Both the position numbers and the translations under genes were made by a program. A DNA stretch of 64,000 nucleotides from an uncultured delta proteobacterium (lineage in GTDB: Bacteria; Desulfobacterota; Syntrophorhabdia; Syntrophorhabdales; WCHB1-27): contig CAWEPK010000005.1 in the NCBI GenBank assembly GCA_963810935.1, positions 1-64,000 on the forward strand. The letters run 5' to 3'. Below the pieces are notes generated by a model that was not told where the DNA came from, did not search any database, and saw only the letters and a program-made list of their open reading frames with translations. How positions within the stretch are numbered: the first letter of the stretch is position 1; each line of letters opens with the position of its first letter. Shown in pieces: positions 18,363 through 27,709 of this stretch.

Positions 18363-18554
18363 GGGGGGGAACGGTGCGGTACTTCCTGCCTGCGAGGCGT
18401 TTTATTTCGCAACCCGCACGAGCCTGTCGAACCTGCGGGCGGCCCATGCGGCCCCGGGTCCGCCCAGGCCGGTCACCGTCCATTGATTATCACCGGCAGA
18501 ACGCGCCATTGTAAGAACTTTGGCACGCCGGCACGAAGCAGATGCCCTGTTCTC

Positions 18555-18568
18555 CGACAAAATTGTCG
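18555..18568. promoter_or_regulatory. Palindromic operator GACA-N4-TGTC, copy 3
   Basis: CGACAAAATTGTCG, about 125 bp upstream of the sigma54-like TGGCATATCTCTTGAA at 18692. Confidence 0.6.
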
Positions 18569-18753
18569 CACACTTCCCGATTCGGCCTGTGTCGCGCCTC
18601 GCCTCCGTGCGGTCAGCCGTACACGGAAAAACAAGTTACGGCCCGCGAATACCGCGAAAAGCGCGTATCCCACCGCTCGGGGGCCCCTGTCTGGCATATC
18701 TCTTGAAGTAAGGCTTATCCGGGCGCTGCAAGATTTTCATAGAGAGGTGCGCT

Positions 18754-21600
18754 GTGTGGAGCAGGAGAGATATCATGAAGCTTCTGGCGGGATTGCCATT
18801 TGCGGCAATGGCCGGCTGCGCCACAAACCCGGTGGGCGCGCGGCCTGCGGCCGCGGCGGCGGAGCAGGTCCTTCGATTCAAGGAAACAGGGAAGACCTCG
18901 TTCGGGATGTGGCAGGCCGATGTCACGTGCACGCCTGCCCGATGGAGGCCAGGCGTATCCATGGACCTCCTCGTATCCCTCCTGTTGTCGACCGGTATGC
19001 TGCCCGCCTTGAGGCAGGCAGTCGTCGACCCGGAAGCGGTGACGCTCCTCGTCACGTCCGAGCGCTGCTTCGACGCGGCAGGCATCATGCACCTGCCTTC
19101 GGACGAGCGCATGTCTACGCTCCTCACGCCTTGCGGGCTAGCCATCGAGGGAGGGTCTGCGGGCGCCGTGAGCCGGGCAACGGGGGCGTACAGAAACCCC
19201 GTGGACGAGCTTGCTGCCCTGCCCCTTGCGTCTTTGCAGCACGACGTCTCCGGCGCCCACGCGCTGTTCCACCTGCGCTTCGCCCTGCCTGCCGATATGC
19301 CGCCCGGCATTTATCGGCTTCGGCTCGATTTCGGCGTGCAGACCCGCAAGCGGCGTTTCAGCCTATGCGAGAACTCGGCTTTCGCTGGCAAGAGCCGGGA
19401 CAAGGAATATGGGTCCTGCGCCTACTCGCCGCCGGTCCCGGTCTCCGGCAGGGACGTAAGGGGCCGCGAGGTGGATGCGTCACGCATAAAGCCGAGGGTC
19501 TACGCGGTCCTTCTGGCCCGTTATAACTCGAACGGCTCGCGGGGGGTCGTGGCCCGCGAGGACGAAAACCACTTCGCCCTGTCCAACAGGAACATCATCC
19601 CCGACGAGACGGTGCTGCCGCTCCGCAACCCGCAGGGTAAACCCGCCGCCTACAGTCTGGAGCCTCAATTTCCGGCCGACTCCATCGACCCCAACCGCAA
19701 CATCCCCTGGGACTACACGTCAGGAATCCTCTCCGTGCAGGTGACAGGGCCGTCAGGGACCATGATAGACCTGGGCAGCGCACCCTTCAAAGGCATGAAA
19801 CAGGAAGGGCCGACTACGGGCGACCCGCGTTTCTTTGCGTGGAGGCCGTCCGCCTTCGGCCGCCACACAGTCGTTGCGAAGGGATGGATCAAAGACAGGT
19901 GGGGTAACCGTTATGAATTCGGGGGGACTTATACGTTCTGGATCGCCGGCAGGATGACCATGGCAACGGCCACCTTCCAGGGCATGAGTTATCCGGCAGG
20001 GAGCACCTACGGCCGCGACATCGCTTTCTTCCCCGCAGTCCCCGCTGACGTCGAGGTGAAAGTGGACCTCTACCCATTTTCCGACGAGAGCGAGGTGCGG
20101 TCCCTCTCCTATGCCGGGCGCGCCTCGTCCGCGGGCATATTCGGCGTGCGCGAAGGGATGAAGCCTTTTACCCTCGATGCGCCGGGCGAGTACCATGCAC
20201 GCATCCTCGCGCGCTACGCGGACAAGAACGGCGAGCTTTGGGTATGCAGCCTCCGTCACGCGGGCGTCGTCTACGCGCCCGATACACCCCTTGTCGCGCA
20301 CGGCAAGAGGCTTAAGGCAGGCAACGGCTTCGCAGAGAGGGGAGAGACAGGCAAGGAGGGCTACATAGAGCCGGGCGAAAAGCAGTTACGCCACCTGGAG
20401 CACATCGCTTTTCCGTACAGATCGGGCGACGTCCTGCTTATAGCGAGCGAGGGGCAGGGGGCGAACAAGATCGAGCCGGTCCTCACCTGGGAGATGCCGG
20501 GCGAGCCTGCGATCCCCGATAAGCAAATGCAGGGCATCGGCGCGACGAACGTCAAGATTTATACGTCGAACGGGCTCTCGCCCCACCTCTACCCCGAGTA
20601 CATCGCCCACCGCGCATACTATTACGCCTCCGGTCCCAGGCCGGGTTTCCCCTCGCGCTTCCTCGTTGCCGAAGACGGGGTCCAGTCGCCTTACTGGCCT
20701 ACGAGCGCTACGAACTTCGGCGGTCAGATAGGGGCTTCCCCGAACGGCGATTCCCCGGGCGACATTTACAGGCTCGCGGGCGGCATAGTGCTTCACCCTA
20801 AAGGCAAAAAACCGCTTTACGCGGGCTACCTCGCGTCTGCATTCATTCTGCCAGGCGGAACGCGCAACAACCGCGTGGTCGCTCCCGGCTCCGAAGCCCT
20901 GACGGGCGCGGACGGCCGGGAGGCCCGCTTCTTCCTTGTCCCCGTCCGGCCGGGGACTGTTTACGAGACGGGCGCTACCTTCACGCCTGCCTTCCAGATA
21001 GACCCCGTCGTGCCTGCGCGCATCGCATTCAACCTGACGTCCCCATCGGGCAGGCGCTTTACCACCGAAGGAACAGCCGATGGGTTCGGTAATTTCGCAG
21101 GGCGGGAGAAGTGGGTGCTGGACGAGGCAGGCGTTTACGAGTACGCCGTAAGGGCAGACTGGAACGGCTTCGAGGGGCTGGTGCCGGGGCTCGGTGAGGG
21201 CAGGGGCTGCATCTTCGTCACGGAGAAGGGGATCAAGGGCCGTACGGGCCTGTTTATCGAAACCTCGCCGCAGGACGCATTTTCCATCGACCGGGGCCTT
21301 ACCGTCAGCGGCAGAAGCACCGGGCCGAAGGTCTTCTTCACCGTTATCACGCCCGGTGCTGTCATCGACCAGGGGGAACTGCGGGTCGCGGAAGGAAAAT
21401 TCACTTACCGGTTCGAGCCGTCAGAGGTGAGCCGGCGCATCCCCATTTATGACATAGAGAACCGAAGGGCAAACCGCAGGGAAACCGGCCGGGTTGTCCA
21501 CCTCTCGTTCTTCGCGGAAGAGCGCCTTCCCGACGGCTCGCGCTTCCACGATTTTGCCCGCGTTATCCTCAGAGGAACAAGGGTTGTGTCGGCCGGATGA
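18754..21600 (+). CDS. Large hypothetical Tat-exported lipoprotein
   Basis: 948-aa ORF with RBS; SRRDIMK twin-arginine motif then lipobox MAGC; no family recognised. Confidence 0.8.
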   Translation: MWSRRDIMKLLAGLPFAAMAGCATNPVGARPAAAAAEQVLRFKETGKTSFGMWQADVTCTPARWRPGVSMDLLVSLLLSTGMLPALRQAVVDPEAVTLLVTSERCFDAAGIMHLPSDERMSTLLTPCGLAIEGGSAGAVSRATGAYRNPVDELAALPLASLQHDVSGAHALFHLRFALPADMPPGIYRLRLDFGVQTRKRRFSLCENSAFAGKSRDKEYGSCAYSPPVPVSGRDVRGREVDASRIKPRVYAVLLARYNSNGSRGVVAREDENHFALSNRNIIPDETVLPLRNPQGKPAAYSLEPQFPADSIDPNRNIPWDYTSGILSVQVTGPSGTMIDLGSAPFKGMKQEGPTTGDPRFFAWRPSAFGRHTVVAKGWIKDRWGNRYEFGGTYTFWIAGRMTMATATFQGMSYPAGSTYGRDIAFFPAVPADVEVKVDLYPFSDESEVRSLSYAGRASSAGIFGVREGMKPFTLDAPGEYHARILARYADKNGELWVCSLRHAGVVYAPDTPLVAHGKRLKAGNGFAERGETGKEGYIEPGEKQLRHLEHIAFPYRSGDVLLIASEGQGANKIEPVLTWEMPGEPAIPDKQMQGIGATNVKIYTSNGLSPHLYPEYIAHRAYYYASGPRPGFPSRFLVAEDGVQSPYWPTSATNFGGQIGASPNGDSPGDIYRLAGGIVLHPKGKKPLYAGYLASAFILPGGTRNNRVVAPGSEALTGADGREARFFLVPVRPGTVYETGATFTPAFQIDPVVPARIAFNLTSPSGRRFTTEGTADGFGNFAGREKWVLDEAGVYEYAVRADWNGFEGLVPGLGEGRGCIFVTEKGIKGRTGLFIETSPQDAFSIDRGLTVSGRSTGPKVFFTVITPGAVIDQGELRVAEGKFTYRFEPSEVSRRIPIYDIENRRANRRETGRVVHLSFFAEERLPDGSRFHDFARVILRGTRVVSAG

Positions 21601-21624
21601 AGCAACCTTATCGATCCACTCATC

Positions 21625-21653
21625 TTGACTTTTTATTAACTCATCGGTAACAT
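21625..21653 (+). promoter_or_regulatory. Candidate sigma70 promoter
   Basis: TTGACT-N17-TAACAT upstream of the 21716 gene. Confidence 0.6.
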
Positions 21654-21715
21654 CGCTTTAACAATGCAATCGTATCATTAAAGACGGACAAAACGATCCT
21701 CAGGGGGGTACACCC

Positions 21716-23446
21716 GTGATCAGCACGAAGAAACGAATCGCCGGGTTTGCAGTTATTGCCGTTTGCCTCGCGCTCGCGGCTTGCGGAGGCGCGAGTAATA
21801 TAATAAGCGCCCCGGCGGCCGGGACACCCGGTGAAGCCGGCGGGGCCTGGAGCTTCGCAGTCATGGGCGACACGCAATGGACCGTCCCCGACACCGCCGG
21901 GAAAAACCCGAATACGGTAGCCGTCGATATCGTCAGCCGGCTCTCCCGGCAGTTTATACAAAAAGGCGTTAAATTCGTGGTCCAGGTAGGCGATTTAACG
22001 GACGACGGCAGCCCGGAGGCCGTCGACACGAGGGCGGTGTGGGCACAGGCGCTGTATAACGCAGGCATAGGTTTCTTTCCTTTGCGGGGCAACCACGAGC
22101 CTTCCCGCGTGGCGGCCGGCGAGTTCCTGAAAATGTTCCCCCAGACGCGCGGCGGAGCGATGAACGCCACACCCGATTATGAAGCCCTTTCCGCCTCGGT
22201 CGGCTTCGACGTCGATGCGAGACCCGCCGGAAGATCGGGTACCGTATTTACCGTAGGCTCCCGCTTCATCAGCCCCGGTAACCCTGCGGGCCTTGCCGGC
22301 CTTTCCTACTCCTTCGACTTCGGCAACGCGCGCTTCGTGCTCCTCGACCAGTTCACCCGAACCGACGGCACAGGCGCAACCGCCTCCGACGTGAACGATA
22401 CGAACATCGCCGACCAGCAGGAGTGGATCGCCTCGACTCTCGCGGCAAGGCCCAAAGGCGGGCACACATTCGTATTCGCCCACAAGGGCTTGATCACCGA
22501 GAGCCATGTCGATTCCCTTTTCGGCTCGGACCCCTCCAAGAACCCCGAGGCCAAGAATGCATTCATGGCAAGCCTGCAGGCCGCGGGCGCCGGTTACTTC
22601 TTCTGCGGACACGACCACATCCACCAGCGCTCCGTTATCGCGAGCCCGGACGGGAGATCGACGGTGCGCCAGGTCATTGCCGCTTCCGACAGCTCGAAGT
22701 TCTACATTCCGAACAGGCCGTCCAACGACGCGGTTTACAACAAGGGCGGCTTGCGCGAGACTTCCGTTATGCAGGAGCTTTACAAAATAGGCTTCTACAT
22801 CGTCACCGTCGACGGCAGCCGCGTAACGGCCGATTATTATTCGGCGGACAACACGGGCGCGGTATTAGCGCCCGACGGCAAGGACTATCTCATCCAGGCG
22901 ACCCCGTCACTCGACTTCACGAAAAAAGAGACCTTCGGGTATGACCTGAACGGCAAGGAGTTCCTCGTGCCGCCCGAAGGGTCCTACACCACCGTCCGGG
23001 ACGCGGGACCGTCGGGTACGGCCGCAGAAGTGCTCTCCGGTTCCAACAGCCGTCCCGGTACGGACGGCAGCGGCCGCAAGTTCACAAAAGCCGTCGGCAC
23101 CGGATGGCGGGCAGCTACGGCGGATGTCCAAAGCGAGGTACTGTCGCTGTGGGGTATGTCACGCTCGCTGGGCAGCGGCCTTACGGACACGTATACGATC
23201 TCGATAACATACAGGACGCAGCGAAATGGCGCGCCCTCGCCGAACGGCCGTTCCGGCGTTCTCACCAGAGACCGTCGCGGCAATTGGGTGAACGCTGCGG
23301 ACATGAATTACGGCGGCGCGAAGAAATTCGTCCCCGGCCCCTGGACGCCCGCCTGCAAACTGGGCTCCTACGGAGTCGATACGGAAAGCGGGACTGCCTG
23401 GGCCGTAATTAACTATAACGGCGACTTCGCAGTCGGCAATTTTTAG
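21716..23446 (+). CDS. Lipoprotein, calcineurin-like metallophosphoesterase with extra C-terminal domain
   Basis: Lipobox LAAC; GDTQ, VGDL, RGNHE, AHK and GHDH motifs. Confidence 0.88.
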   Translation: MISTKKRIAGFAVIAVCLALAACGGASNIISAPAAGTPGEAGGAWSFAVMGDTQWTVPDTAGKNPNTVAVDIVSRLSRQFIQKGVKFVVQVGDLTDDGSPEAVDTRAVWAQALYNAGIGFFPLRGNHEPSRVAAGEFLKMFPQTRGGAMNATPDYEALSASVGFDVDARPAGRSGTVFTVGSRFISPGNPAGLAGLSYSFDFGNARFVLLDQFTRTDGTGATASDVNDTNIADQQEWIASTLAARPKGGHTFVFAHKGLITESHVDSLFGSDPSKNPEAKNAFMASLQAAGAGYFFCGHDHIHQRSVIASPDGRSTVRQVIAASDSSKFYIPNRPSNDAVYNKGGLRETSVMQELYKIGFYIVTVDGSRVTADYYSADNTGAVLAPDGKDYLIQATPSLDFTKKETFGYDLNGKEFLVPPEGSYTTVRDAGPSGTAAEVLSGSNSRPGTDGSGRKFTKAVGTGWRAATADVQSEVLSLWGMSRSLGSGLTDTYTISITYRTQRNGAPSPNGRSGVLTRDRRGNWVNAADMNYGGAKKFVPGPWTPACKLGSYGVDTESGTAWAVINYNGDFAVGNF

Positions 23447-23731
23447 CCGCGTGTGCGCTTGCGCCCCTGGAAACCTTGCCTGCCCGATCCTTTAAATCGT
23501 ACAAATCTGCTCAGGGAATAAGCCGGGCAAGCGAAGCCTGATCCACGCGGGCAGCGGGTGAGCCGTGCCCATACCCATAAGACGATCAAAGAAGGTCGTT
23601 GTATGGAATAACCGGAGGACACAAAAAAAACTACAGACACCTTACGGCTTTTGTCGCAGAGAATGGGTGTCCGGTTGAAAAGGGGGCTACTCCATTTGGT
23701 GGTGCTTAACATTACCAGATTCGAGGTTGCC

Positions 23732-23896
23732 ATGGCTCAATTGTGCGAAAGATATTTTACGTTATCCTACCGGACGAAGAAGGGCATCGAGCTGGCTAAG
23801 GCCACATACGAGGGCCTCGACCGCGCCCATCCGAAGGAGTACTACAGGTGGTTTCCGGGGTGGATTAAGGATAGAGGGAGGGAGAGGAAGTTTTGA
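23732..23896 (+). CDS. Small hypothetical protein (54 aa)
   Basis: GAGG RBS before ATG 23732; no recognisable motif. Confidence 0.3.
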   Translation: MAQLCERYFTLSYRTKKGIELAKATYEGLDRAHPKEYYRWFPGWIKDRGRERKF

Positions 23897-24209
23897 AACT
23901 GCCCCGATGATCCGGAAGTCGTCTGTTGGTTTGCATTCCGAATCGGCGGAAAGTTGAAGTCGGGAACGCTATAGGCGCCACCTTCATTCTCCCTCTGATT
24001 GGTTTGACAAAGATGGGTGAAGCCGCCGCACCAAGGGTAGACGCCTGATGATGTTCACTGTGTACGCATACGCATGAGCGTCATTCGGCGTCTCATTGCT
24101 GAAAATAGCGACATTCAGCTTCCGGAATTTGCCTATAAGGCCCGTATTGAGATGCCCTGTATGGCAGTGGGGAATACCCCAGCAAAATGTATTCAGCAAA
24201 AAGAGTATA

Positions 24210-25247
24210 CTAAAGACTATTTTTCTTAGCTCGATAATCCGGAGGGAGAAGGCTATTGACACGGGTAACCTTTGCTGCCTCCAGGAAAAAGGTTCCGAGG
24301 AGCAACGTGCAAGTAAAGGTTATCGAGATCCATCTCCCCCAATCGGCGGCCATTATATAGAGAGGCGAAGAAAATATAACGCTCGCTACTAAAAATATCG
24401 CCAGCTTTTCGGGTGCTATATCTATCTTCTTACATTGAAAATAACCAACAATCAATGGCATTGCACCGAACAACAACGCGGAGCCATAAACCGCAAAATA
24501 ATCTTCGTTAAATATGAACTCCGACATCATAGTCATATTTCTTGCCAAGCCTTGGTCGTATGAAAGTTCGCCCATACACACAGACTCTTTCAAGCCGTGC
24601 GCAACTAAATCTCTGCAAATAGCTCCACCGTCGATCCTGCTGCCAATAAAAACTATAGCCAACATCGCTACTAAAGACCCTAAAAACATAAAGAATGCGC
24701 TCCTGAGCCTGTACGGCCCGACTCGCTTGCCCGAAAGCCATTCCGCAGCAAAGAAATATGGTGTGAAGAAAAAAAACAACTCATGCCATAGCGTGGCAAC
24801 TGCAGAGAGAACCATACAAGCAAATAAGAACAACGGCTGATTTTGGAAACCTTTTGTCTTCGTTAAGACGTTGATATAGGCCGCGAGAAAAACATACAAC
24901 ACTATCTCCTTCCTTCCGACTGCCGCAGCATCTATCACGGTAAATAGGAAGGTTGCGGGAGAGAAAACGAACAACATAAACCAGAATGGCTTTTCCTTGT
25001 CTAAAATAAGCATCAAGAATAAGATGAAAAAACTAACACATAAGAAAATCTGTACTAAAAGTACTATTTGAGCAAGGCCCAAGCCCGTTACGGTCGCCAA
25101 CGCCTTTGCAAGCTCCCCCCCAAAACCGCGCCTAACAAATCCTGCACTCCAGTTAACCAACCAATCGCCTAAAAGATACCCATGCTGGCTACGATTAAAT
25201 TTGAAGACGCAGAACGCATAGTTGGTCAAAACGCCGCCCAAGAACAT
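24210..25247 (-). CDS. Polytopic membrane protein, possibly a GT-C-like transferase
   Basis: About 9-10 TM segments; GDWLVNWSAGFVRRG, GRKE, WHE and DWGRW loops; start uncertain. Confidence 0.65.
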   Translation of the reverse strand: MFLGGVLTNYAFCVFKFNRSQHGYLLGDWLVNWSAGFVRRGFGGELAKALATVTGLGLAQIVLLVQIFLCVSFFILFLMLILDKEKPFWFMLFVFSPATFLFTVIDAAAVGRKEIVLYVFLAAYINVLTKTKGFQNQPLFLFACMVLSAVATLWHELFFFFTPYFFAAEWLSGKRVGPYRLRSAFFMFLGSLVAMLAIVFIGSRIDGGAICRDLVAHGLKESVCMGELSYDQGLARNMTMMSEFIFNEDYFAVYGSALLFGAMPLIVGYFQCKKIDIAPEKLAIFLVASVIFSSPLYIMAADWGRWISITFTCTLLLGTFFLEAAKVTRVNSLLPPDYRAKKNSL

Positions 25248-25563
25248 CGTTATCAGAACGTTAGAATAAGTGACTTTTCTTAAGATTGGCTTCGTATTCG
25301 CTCTCTAGATAAAGTCGTTAGAGGAAGGTAAAAGGTCAGGGACCCGCAGCGTACAGACACAGAATTAAGCGATAAAGCCTTCCAAACTCTATCATCCCGA
25401 CCAGCGAAAAGACTTTGAGAGGCAGCAAAATGTCAACGGGACCATGAATGCACCCGGGTTTAGCCCTTAGGGAAGGGTCAATCTAAAATCTTCAAGCGGG
25501 GAAACAGTTAAAAAACACAAATCAGCGATTCACTTCCTCTCCCTCCGGCTAACTTATGTTTCT

Positions 25564-27135
25564 TTAGCGCAGCTTTCCTAACTTTGCATCGAGAAACGGC
25601 AGGATAGCAGCCGTGAACTCATTAACAAATCCGTCCATCCGCTCCTCTGCGTTCTTGACGCCTTCGTTTGGATATATAGGAGTGATGGGTCTGACAAAAA
25701 GATCGTAGGTGTTATCGTGTTTAAGAGCGTGAAGGGTGAGCTGAAAGCGGTTGATGTTAACATTGTCGGATGTGTTCTTCTTCGTTTGGAACCAGTAATA
25801 GACTAGCTGCCGGGCATTCATATTTTCTATGACCATTTCGGTCGCCTGTATAAACCCGAGGAGAGGCACCTTCTGTATGATGCGCTTTTTAAGTTGCAGC
25901 GTATTCCATCCCTGGGAAGGAAGGCAAACGTTCGGGCTGTGGAAGAAGTTTTCGTTCTCCATGAACGGTGACCCGCGATAGCCTATATAAAGGAAAACAG
26001 CCTTGCCGTCCGCTCCCGTGTATTTTGCGCTTAAGGCCTCCTCCGCCCCGGAAAGGGCCACCATATTACTATCCATCCGGTCCGTCTCGCCGGACCACCG
26101 GCCTATAGTCATCGGAAACCCGGAAAAGCCTCCTTGCAGGGTAAGCCTTGGCATCGCCCCGGTCGCCTGACTGATGCCGCTCATCAAAAGTAACGCGCAT
26201 ATGCATATGATAGATGGAATAACGCTGCAGCCTGACTCACCTTTGCTTAGAATCTTTTCGATTAGCCTGCCGAGTGCACCGGGCTTCGGATCGCCTCCCT
26301 TGATCATCTTCAGCAAGAACATGAGCAGAATGATGAGAACAAATGCGAACATAAAGATCAGCCAGCCCGAGAAACCGTGAAAAAACCCCTCTGCTACACT
26401 GGAACCGTATTTTTGGGCCAGGATGCCGGTGGCGCCTATCCTTACTCCATTGGTTATCACAGCCACCGGAACAGTGAACGCAATTATGACAACTCGTTTC
26501 CAGGGCTTTTTTTCAGATAAACAAGCGGCCAGAACTCCCAGGGCGAGAAGCGGAAATATATAGCGAAGCCCGCTGCATGCATCGACTACCTGTAGCTGAA
26601 TATTCCCAAGATCGATGACATTGCCCTGAACAAAGGCTGATACTCCGAAAATATTCAGAAGACCGGAGCCCAGTTTTGTCGACAGCAGTTTTAGAGGAAC
26701 GCCTACATTCGTTTGAACGACGGTTGGGAGCGGGACCATGAAAATAAGAAAAAATAAAGGTAACAGGAGAGCTTTAAAGACATACTTGCCAAAGCAGAAC
26801 AAGACGATGGACAGCAGTAAAAACGGGATCGCGGGTCGTACTGCCGAAGGGCTTGAGCCAAGGATCCCGTATGTGCTTATCAAAAGGAAGAGGAAGAACA
26901 ACGATCCGCCGATCCAATTCCAGGAAATCGGGAGCGATTTGATTGTTGATCTTTTATCCCAAATCATATACGCGACTATCAAAGGAATCAGAAAACCGTA
27001 AGAATAATCTTCGTCAGTATACCAAATATTTACCAGGCCCTTCAGCGTCCCCCAGTAAGCAAGGAAACATGACGCAACGAGCAGCCAAACGGATAAAATC
27101 AGAAATGATTTTCTTCCGAAACTCACACCCGTCAT
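25564..27135 (-). CDS. Exosortase fused to an EpsI domain (XrtD-like architecture)
   Basis: DYSYGFLIP, VVDACSGLRY (catalytic Cys), NGVRI (Arg), FFH (His), then HSPNVCLPSQGW and VYYWF (EpsI); ATG 27135 coupled to the upstream stop. Confidence 0.9.
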   Translation of the reverse strand: MTGVSFGRKSFLILSVWLLVASCFLAYWGTLKGLVNIWYTDEDYSYGFLIPLIVAYMIWDKRSTIKSLPISWNWIGGSLFFLFLLISTYGILGSSPSAVRPAIPFLLLSIVLFCFGKYVFKALLLPLFFLIFMVPLPTVVQTNVGVPLKLLSTKLGSGLLNIFGVSAFVQGNVIDLGNIQLQVVDACSGLRYIFPLLALGVLAACLSEKKPWKRVVIIAFTVPVAVITNGVRIGATGILAQKYGSSVAEGFFHGFSGWLIFMFAFVLIILLMFLLKMIKGGDPKPGALGRLIEKILSKGESGCSVIPSIICICALLLMSGISQATGAMPRLTLQGGFSGFPMTIGRWSGETDRMDSNMVALSGAEEALSAKYTGADGKAVFLYIGYRGSPFMENENFFHSPNVCLPSQGWNTLQLKKRIIQKVPLLGFIQATEMVIENMNARQLVYYWFQTKKNTSDNVNINRFQLTLHALKHDNTYDLFVRPITPIYPNEGVKNAEERMDGFVNEFTAAILPFLDAKLGKLR

Positions 27136-27704
27136 CCTTCGTTTCCCTTGCTTGGAGGCTGCGGCCAATCCCAGATTACGTCCGTTTCCGAAAAAGTCCT
27201 GATTACCCTTGCCGGGGCTCCTGCGACAACCGAATACGGCGGGACGTCGTGTGTTACAACAGAACCTGAACCGACAATAGCACACTCACCCACAGTCACA
27301 CCTGCCAAAATTAGCGACCTGGCGCCTATATAGCATCCTTTCTTCAAATACACACCCTTACGGCCGCCCATTTCTCCCTTCATGACATGCTGAAGGTGCA
27401 TAGGAACAAACATATGGCCGATGATATAAGAGCCACTGATGATCGTCACGTCGTTCTCGATAAATATGCTATCCGGATACGTATTGTCTATGAAGACTGC
27501 AGAACCGATGAATACACGCTCTCCGATGGTAACACCGCGTGATCTATGCAGAGCGACACGCCAACTGGGGAACATCGGCAGGTATCTCGCTATCGCATGG
27601 AGTAACCGAAAATAGACGGACTTAATCGCACCGATGCCGGAGAACTCTTCCTCAAGCGGAATTTGGCCCATCCATTTCTTGAACGTCTTCATTCGGCCAC
27701 TCAC
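27132..27704 (-). CDS. Hexapeptide-repeat O-acyltransferase
   Basis: GVTIGERVFIG and IGARSLILAGVTVGECAIVGSGSVVTHDVPPYSVVAGAPAR. Confidence 0.9.
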   Translation of the reverse strand: MSGRMKTFKKWMGQIPLEEEFSGIGAIKSVYFRLLHAIARYLPMFPSWRVALHRSRGVTIGERVFIGSAVFIDNTYPDSIFIENDVTIISGSYIIGHMFVPMHLQHVMKGEMGGRKGVYLKKGCYIGARSLILAGVTVGECAIVGSGSVVTHDVPPYSVVAGAPARVIRTFSETDVIWDWPQPPSKGNEG

Positions 27705-27709
27705 TGCAT

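Noticed and set aside
24006..24062. GATGG...CTGATGATG segment reminiscent of a fluoride riboswitch
   Set aside because: The pseudoknot pairing could not be built and no suitable gene lies downstream.
25445..25481. Possible IS200/IS605 end relic (hairpin then GGGTCAA); similar GC hairpin at about 33028-33052
   Set aside because: Short and imperfect, with no adjacent transposase remnant; cannot be supported.
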